Positions 56,946-64,000 of a stretch of 64,000 nucleotides of DNA are shown in pieces. Both the position numbers and the translations under genes were made by a program. The DNA is from the human T2T-CHM13v2.0 reference genome, Homo sapiens. Each line of letters opens with the position of its first letter. Position 1 is the stretch's first letter. The notes below the pieces were generated by a model that was given only the letters and a program-made list of their open reading frames with translations, did no database searches and was not told the DNA's origin. The stretch lies in NCBI RefSeq assembly GCF_009914755.1, contig NC_060948.1; one strand, given 5' to 3'.

Positions 56946-59900
56946 GGCCTGGAATAAAGTGGAATGCTACGGTCTCGAATGGAATAAAAATGTATGGAAT
57001 GGAAGGCAATGAAACGGAATCGAATGTCATAGAATGTAATGGAATGCAAAAAAATGGAATCCAAAATCATTGACTGGAAAGGCTGGGTGTCGAAAGGAAT
57101 TGACTGCAATGGAATGGAATCGAATGGAATGGAAGTGAATAGAATCGAACTAAATCGAATGGAATGGAATTGATAGGAACGGAATGGAAAGGAATGCAAT
57201 GATTTGGCATGGAATGGAATCGAATGGCATAGAATGGAATGGAATGGAATGCAATGGAATGGAATGTATTAGAATGTAATGAACATTAATGGAATGTACT
57301 CGAATGGATTCGACTGGAATGGAATGTTCTGGAAGTGAATGGACTCCAATGGAATGGATTCGAAAGGAATGGAATCGAACGGAATGGATTCTAATGGAAT
57401 GGAATTAAATGGAAATGAATCAAATTGAATAGCACGGAATTGAATTGAATGGAATCGAATGCAATGGAATCTAATGAAACGGAAAGGAAAGAATGGAATG
57501 GAATAGAATGGGCTGGAATGGAAAGGAATCGAAACTAATGGAATGGAATCGAACTGAAGAGACTGGAATGGAATGCACTGGAATGGAAGGGAGTGTAATG
57601 GAAGGTTCTCGAAAATAATGGAATCGAATGGAATGGAATTGAATGGAACGGAATAGAGTCGAATGGAATTGAATGGAATGGAATGGACTAGAGTGAAATG
57701 GAATCGAACCACAAGGAATGGACATGAATAGAATGGTCTCGAATTGAATGGAATCGTATGGAATGGCATCAAACGGAATGGAATGGACAGCCACGGAATG
57801 GAATGCACTCGAATGCAATGGAGTCGAAACTAATGGACTGGAATAGAATGGACTCGACTGGTACGGACTCCAATGGAATGGAATCGAATGGAAGGGAATC
57901 GAACGGAATGGACTCGAAGGGAAAAGACTGCAATGGAAAGGTCTCGAATGGAATGGAAATTAATGGGATGGAATGGAATCGAATGAAATGGAGTCAAAAG
58001 GAATGGAATCGAATGGTAAGAAATTGAATGTAATGGAATCGCAAGGAATTGATGTGAACGGAACGGAATGGAATGGAATCCAAAGGAATGGAATAGAATG
58101 GAATGGAATCGAATGGAAAGGACTCGAATGGAAATCACTCGAATAGAATGCAATTTAATAAAATAGGATCAAATGTAATGGAATGGAATGGAAAGGAATC
58201 GAAACGAAAGGAATGGAGACAGATGGAATGGAATGGAACAGAGAGCAATGGTATAGAATGGAATGGAATCATCTGGAATGGAATTGAATGGAATGGAATA
58301 ATATGAAATGGAATGGAATGGAATGGAATGCCCTTGAATTAAATGGACTGGAATGGAATGGACTCGAACAGAGTGGAATGGAAAGTGTTGAAATAGAATG
58401 GAATGGACTCCTTTGGAATGGTCTAGTATGCAATGTAATCGACTGGCAGGGAATCAAAAGGAATGTCATCGAATGGATTGGACTGGAATGCAATGGACTC
58501 GAATAGATTGGAAACGGAATGCAAAGGAATGGAATGGAATAGTATGGAATGCAATGGAAGGGAATGGAGTGGAATAGACTAGAGTGGAATGGAATGGACT
58601 GGAAAGCAATGGACTGGAATGGAACTTTCTTGGATGGACTGGAATCAAACGGAATGGAATGCAATGCAATCAAATGGCATGGAATAAAATAGAATGAAAG
58701 AGAATCAAATGGAATTGAATCGAATGGAATCGAATGGATTGGAAAGGAATAGAATGGAATGGAATGGAATTGACTCAAATGGAATGGACTAGAATGGAAT
58801 GGATTCGAATGGAAGGCAAAGGAATGGAATCTATTGGAATGGACTGTAATGGAATGGAATGGAAGGGATTGGAATGGACTCGAATGGAATGGACTGCAAT
58901 AGAAAGGATTCGAATGGAATGAAAAAGAATTGAATGGAATAGAACAGAATGGAATCAAATCGAATGAAATGGAATGGAAAAGAAAGGAATGGAATGAAAT
59001 GGAATGGAAAGGATTCGAATGGAATGCAATCGAATGGAATGGAATCGAGTGGAATGGAATAAAATGGAAGAAAACTGGCAAGAAATGGAATCGAAATGAA
59101 TGGAGTGTTATGGAACGGACTCAAAAGGAATTGAATGTAATAGAATGGAGTGGAGTGGAATCGAATATAATTGACTGGAATGGAATGAAATCACATGGAA
59201 TGGGAACGAATGGAATGGAATGGAAAGGAATGGAATCGAATGGAAAGGAATCGAATGGAAGGGAATGAAATTGAATCAACACGAATGGAAGGGAATAGAA
59301 TAGACTGTAATGGAATGGACTCGAATAGAATGGACACGAATGCTCAAATTAAATGGACTCGAATGGAATGGAAACGAAAGGAATGTCATCGGATGGAATT
59401 GAATCGATTGTAATGAAATCGCATAGAATGGAGTGGAATCAAATGGAATTGAATCGAAAGGAAAGGAAGCGAATGGACTGAAATGAAATGGAATGGAATT
59501 GAATGGAAAGTAATGCAATGGAATAGAATGGAACGAAATTTCACGGAATGGAATCAAACTGAATGGAATCAAATCAATGGAATCAAATCAAATGGAATGG
59601 AAAGGAATTGAATGGAGTAGATGGGATTGGATGGGATTGGAATGAAATGTACTGGAAAGAACTCGAATTTCATGAAACGGAATGGAATGAATTGGAACGG
59701 AATGGACTCGAATGGAATGGAATGTCATGGGATGGCATCAAATGGAATGGCATCAAATGGAATGGAATCGAATGCAATGGAATGCTATGGAATGGAATGG
59801 AATGCATTGGAATGGAATGTCCTCTAATGGAATGGATTCGAGTGGAATGGAATTGAATATAATGGAGTCGAATGAAACGGAATTGAAAGGAATGGGATCG

Positions 59901-60488
59901 AATACAATGGAATATACTGGAATGTAACGTAATGAACTCGAATGTAATTGACTGGAATGGAATGTACATGAATGGAATATAATCGAATGGAAAGTAATCC
60001 AATGGAATAGAATCTAATGCAATAAAATCGACTCAGATAGAGTAGAATGTAATGGAATGGAGTGCAGTGCAATGGAATGGAATGGAATGGAATGCAATTG
60101 AATGGAATGGAATGGAATGGAATGGGATGGAATGGTATGTAATGGATAGTAATGGACTGGAGTGAAATGGACTGGAAAGGAATGGACTCAAATTGAAAGG
60201 GCTCGAAAGGAATGGAGTCAAATGGAATGGTCTGGAATGGAATGAACACGAATGTAATGCAATCCAATAGAATGGAATCGAATGGCATGGAATATAAAGA
60301 AATGGAATCGAAGAGAATGGAAACAAATGGAATGGAATTGAATGGAATGGAATTGAATGGAATGGGAACGAATGGAGTGAAATTGTATGCAGTAGAAGAG
60401 AATAGAATGGAATGCAAGCGAAAGGAAGGGAATGGATTGGAATGGAATGGAATTCATTGGAATGGAAGGGAATGTAGTGTAATGGACA
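56946..60488 (+). repeat. DYZ1 unit 17 (3543 bp), diverged flank type
   Basis: GGCC at 56946 and 60489; -1 at ~57490, tract A=4, tract B=7. Confidence 0.9.
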
Positions 60489-63400
60489 GGCCTGGAATAA
60501 AGTGGAATGCTACGGTCTCGAATGGAATAAAAATGTATGGAATGGAATGCAATGAAACGGAATCGAATGTCATAGAATGTAATGGAATGGAACAAAATGG
60601 AATCCAAAATCATTGACTGGAAAGGCTGGGTGTCGAAAGGAATTGACTCCAATGGAATGGAATCGAATGGAATGGAAGTGAATAGAATCGAACTAAATCG
60701 AATGGAATGGAATTGATAGGAACGGAATGGAAAGGAATGCAATGATTTGGCATGGAATGGAATCGAATGGCATCGAATGGAATGGAATGGAATGCAATGG
60801 AATGGAATGTATTAGAATGTAATGAACATTAATGGAATGTACTCGAATGGATTCGACTGGAATGGAATGTTCTGGAAGTGAATGGACTCCAATGGAATGG
60901 ATTCGAAAGGAATGGAATCGAACGGAATGGAATCTAATGGAATGGAATTAAATGGAAATGAATCAAATTGAATAGCACGGAATTGAATTGAATGGAATCA
61001 AATGCAATGGAATCTAATGAAACGGAAAGGAAAGAATGGAATGGAATAGAATGGGCTGGAATGGAAAGGAATCGAAACGAATGGAATGGAATCGAACTGA
61101 AGAGACTGGAATGGAATGCACTGGAATGGAAGGGAGTGTAATGGAAGGTTCTCGACAAAAATGGAATCGAATGGAATGGAATTGATTGGAACGGAATAGA
61201 GTCGAATGGAATTGAATGGAATGGAATGGACTAGAGTGAAATGGAATCGAACCACAAGGAATGGACAGGAATAGAATGGTCTCGAATTGAATGGAATCGT
61301 ATGGAATGGCATCAAACGGAATGGAATGGACAGCCACGGAATGGAATGCACTCGAATGCAATGGAGTCGAAACTAATGGACTGGAATAGAATGGACTCGA
61401 CTGGTACGGACTCCAATGGAATGGAATCGAATGGAAGGGAATCGAACGGAATGGACTCGAAGGGAAAAGACTGCAATGGAAAGGTCTCGAATGGAATGGA
61501 AATTAATGGGATGGAATGGAATCGAATGAAATGGAGTCAAAAGGAATGGAATCGAATGGCAAGAAATCGAATGTAATGGAATCGCAAGGAATTGATGTGA
61601 ACGGAACGGAATGGAATGGAATCCAAAGGAATGGAATAGAATGGAATGGAATCGAATGGAAAGGACTCGAATGGAAATCACTCGAATAGAATGCAATTTA
61701 ATAAAATAGGATCAAATGTAATAGAATGGAATGGAAAGGAATCGAAACGGAAGGAATGGAGACAGATGGAATGGAATGGAACAGAGAGCAATGGTATAGA
61801 ATGGAATGGAATCATCTGGAATGGAATTGAATGGAATGGAATAATATGAAATGGAATGGAATGGAATGGAATGGAATGCCCTTGAATTAAATGGACTGGA
61901 ATGGAATGGACTCGAACAGAGTGGAATGGAAAGTGTTGAGATAGAATGGAATGGACTCATTTGGAATGGTGTAGTATGCAATGCAATCGACTGGCAGGGA
62001 ATCAAAAGGAATGTAATCGAATGGATTGGACTGGAATGCAATGGATTCGAATAGATTGCAAACGGAATGCAAAGGAATGGAATGGAATAGTATGGAATGG
62101 AATGGAAAGGAATGGAGTGGAATAGACTAGAGTGGAATGGAATGGACTGGAAAGCAATGGACTGGAATGGAACTTTCTTGAATGGACTGGAATCAAACGG
62201 AATGGAATGCAATGCAATCAAATGGCATGGAATAAAATAGAATGAAAGAGAATCAAATGGAATTGAATCGAATGGAATCGAATGGAATGGAATGGAATGG
62301 ACTAGAATGGAATGGATTCGAATGGAAGGCAAAGGAATGGAATCTATTGGAATGGACTGTAATGGAATGGAATGGAAGGGATTGGAATGGACTCGAATGG
62401 AATGGACTGCAATAGAAAGGATTCGAATGGAATGAAAAAGAATTGAATGGAATAGAACAGAATGGAATCAAATCGAATGAAATGGAATGGAATAGAAAGG
62501 AATGGAATGAAATGGAATGGAAAGGATTCGAATGGAATGCAATCGAATGGAATGGAATCGAACGGAATGGAATAAAATGGAAGAAAACTGGCAAGAAATG
62601 GAATCGAAATGAATGGAGTGTTATGGAACGGACTCAAAAGGAATTGAATGTAATAGAATGGAGTGGAGTGGACTCGAATATAATGGACTGGAATGGAATG
62701 AAATCACATGGAATGGGAACGAGTGGAATGGAATGGAAAGGAATGGAATCGAATGGAAAGGAATCGAATGGAAGGGAATGAAATTGAATCAACAGGAATG
62801 GAAGGGAATAGAATAGACGGTAATGGAATGGACTCGAATAGAATGGACACGAATGCTCAAATTGAATGGACTCGAATGGAATGGAAACGAAAGGAATGTC
62901 ATCGAATGGAATTGAATCGATTGGAATGAAATTGCATAGAATGGAGTGGAATCAAATGGAATTGAATCGAAAGGAAAGGAAGCGAATGGACTGAAATGAA
63001 ATGGAATGGAATTGAATGGAAAGTAATGCAATGGAATAGAATGGAACGAAATTTCACGGAATGGAATCAAACTGAATGGAATCAAATCAATGGAATCCAA
63101 TCAAATGGAATGGAGTAGATTGGATTGGATGGGATTGGAATGAAATGTACTGGAAAGGACTCGAATTTCATGAAACGGAATGGAATGAATTGGAACGGAA
63201 TGGACTCGAATGGAATGGAATGTCATAGAATGGTATCAAATGGAATGGCATCAAATGGAATGGAATCGAATGCAATGGAATGCTATGGAATGGAATGGAA
63301 TGCATTGGAATGGAATGTCCTCTAATGGAATGGATTCGAGTGGAATGGAATCGAATATAATGGAGTCGAATGAAATGGAATTGAAAGGAATGGGATGGAA

Positions 63401-63996
63401 TACAATGGAATATACTGGAATGTAATGTAATGAACTCGAATGTAATTGACTGGAATGGAATGTACATGAGTGGAATGTAATCGAATGGAAAGTAATCCAA
63501 TGGAATAGAATCTAATGCAATAAAATCGACTCAGATAGAGTAGAATGTAATGGAATGGAGTGCAGTGCAATGGAATGGAATGGAATGGAATGCAATGGAA
63601 TGGAATGGAATGGAATGGAATGGAATGGAATGGGATGGAATGGTATGGAATGGATAGTAATGGACTGGAGTGAAATGGACTGGAAAGGAATGGACTCAAA
63701 TTGAAAGGTCTCGAAAGGAATGGAGTCAAATGGAATGGTCTGGAATGGAATGAACACGAATGTAATGCAATCCAATAGAATGGAATCGAATGGCATGGAA
63801 TATAAAGAAATGGAATCGAAGAGAATGGAAACAAATGGAATGGAATTGAATGGAATGGAATTGAATGGAATGTGAACGAATGTAGTGAAATTGTATGCAG
63901 TAGAAGAGAATAGAATGGAATGCAAGCGAAATGAAAGGAATGGATTGGAATGGAATGGAATTCATTGGAATGGAAGGGAATGTAGTGTAATGGACA
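60489..63996 (+). repeat. DYZ1 unit 18 (3508 bp), diverged flank type, shortest unit
   Basis: GGCC at 60489 and 63997; -1 (~61033), -35 (~62290), -15 (~63110), tract B=9; these sum exactly to 3508. Confidence 0.9.
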
Positions 63997-64000
63997 GGCC

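Larger units (their letters stand above)
1..64000 (+). repeat. DYZ1: Human satellite 3 (HSat3) array, DYZ1-type ~3.55 kb higher-order repeat (Yq12 heterochromatin)
   Basis: Degenerate GGAAT pentamers run end to end. Unique landmarks (GGACAGGCCTGGAATAAAGTGGA, GGCTGGGTGTCGAAA, GCCCTTGAATT, TGTCCTCTAATG) recur every ~3554 bp. One HaeIII site (GGCC, e.g. 3587) and one EcoRI site (GAATTC, e.g. 3548) were seen per unit, matching the classical ~3.4-3.6 kb male-specific DYZ1 fragment. TTGAATGGAATGGGAACGAATGG (3451-3473) and the reverse complement of 3582-3604 match the DYZ1 sexing primers Y1.2/Y1.1 as I recall them (not database-checked). Confidence 0.96.

Noticed and set aside
478-63965. Hundreds of ORFs up to 305 aa on both strands (MEWNG- and IPFHS-rich)
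   Set aside because: Pure (GGAAT)n has no stop codon in any frame and supplies frequent ATGs on the + strand. The ORFs overlap in all frames, recur with the unit, and are made or broken by 5-bp indels and point changes. There is no domain or codon signal.
1-64000. CRISPR-like or bacterial repeat array
   Set aside because: There are no constant repeats with unique spacers and no cas genes; everything is degenerate pentamer satellite.
1-64000. DYZ2/Alu block, retrotransposon insertion, strand inversion or HSat2 identity
   Set aside because: All inter-landmark distances are explained by small indels, GGAAT stays on the + strand throughout, and the typical HSat2 GAATCATC(ATC)GAATGG repeat structure is absent.

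Overview
The whole 64 kb window is one uninterrupted, single-orientation tandem array of human satellite 3, (GGAAT)n on the + strand and (ATTCC)n on the - strand. It is organised as a ~3.55 kb higher-order unit matching the Yq12 heterochromatin satellite DYZ1. Using the once-per-unit ACAGGCCTGG landmark, there are 18 complete units between 33 and 63996, of 3508-3569 bp (mode 3554). I see no genes, RNA genes, transposons, DYZ2/Alu segments or inversions. All ORFs in the track are translations of the pentamer (MEWNG / IPFHS). I found no new multi-gene system. Points worth a second look: (1) three perfect in-register heat-shock elements (nGAAnnTTCnnGAAn) per unit; (2) a highly homogeneous block of ~13 units (~7-54 kb) flanked by more diverged units; (3) interleaved variant patterns implying intra-array recombination or conversion; (4) length variation concentrated in two near-pure (GGAAT)n tracts per unit plus 15- and 35-bp indels. 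Counts and alignments were done by eye.
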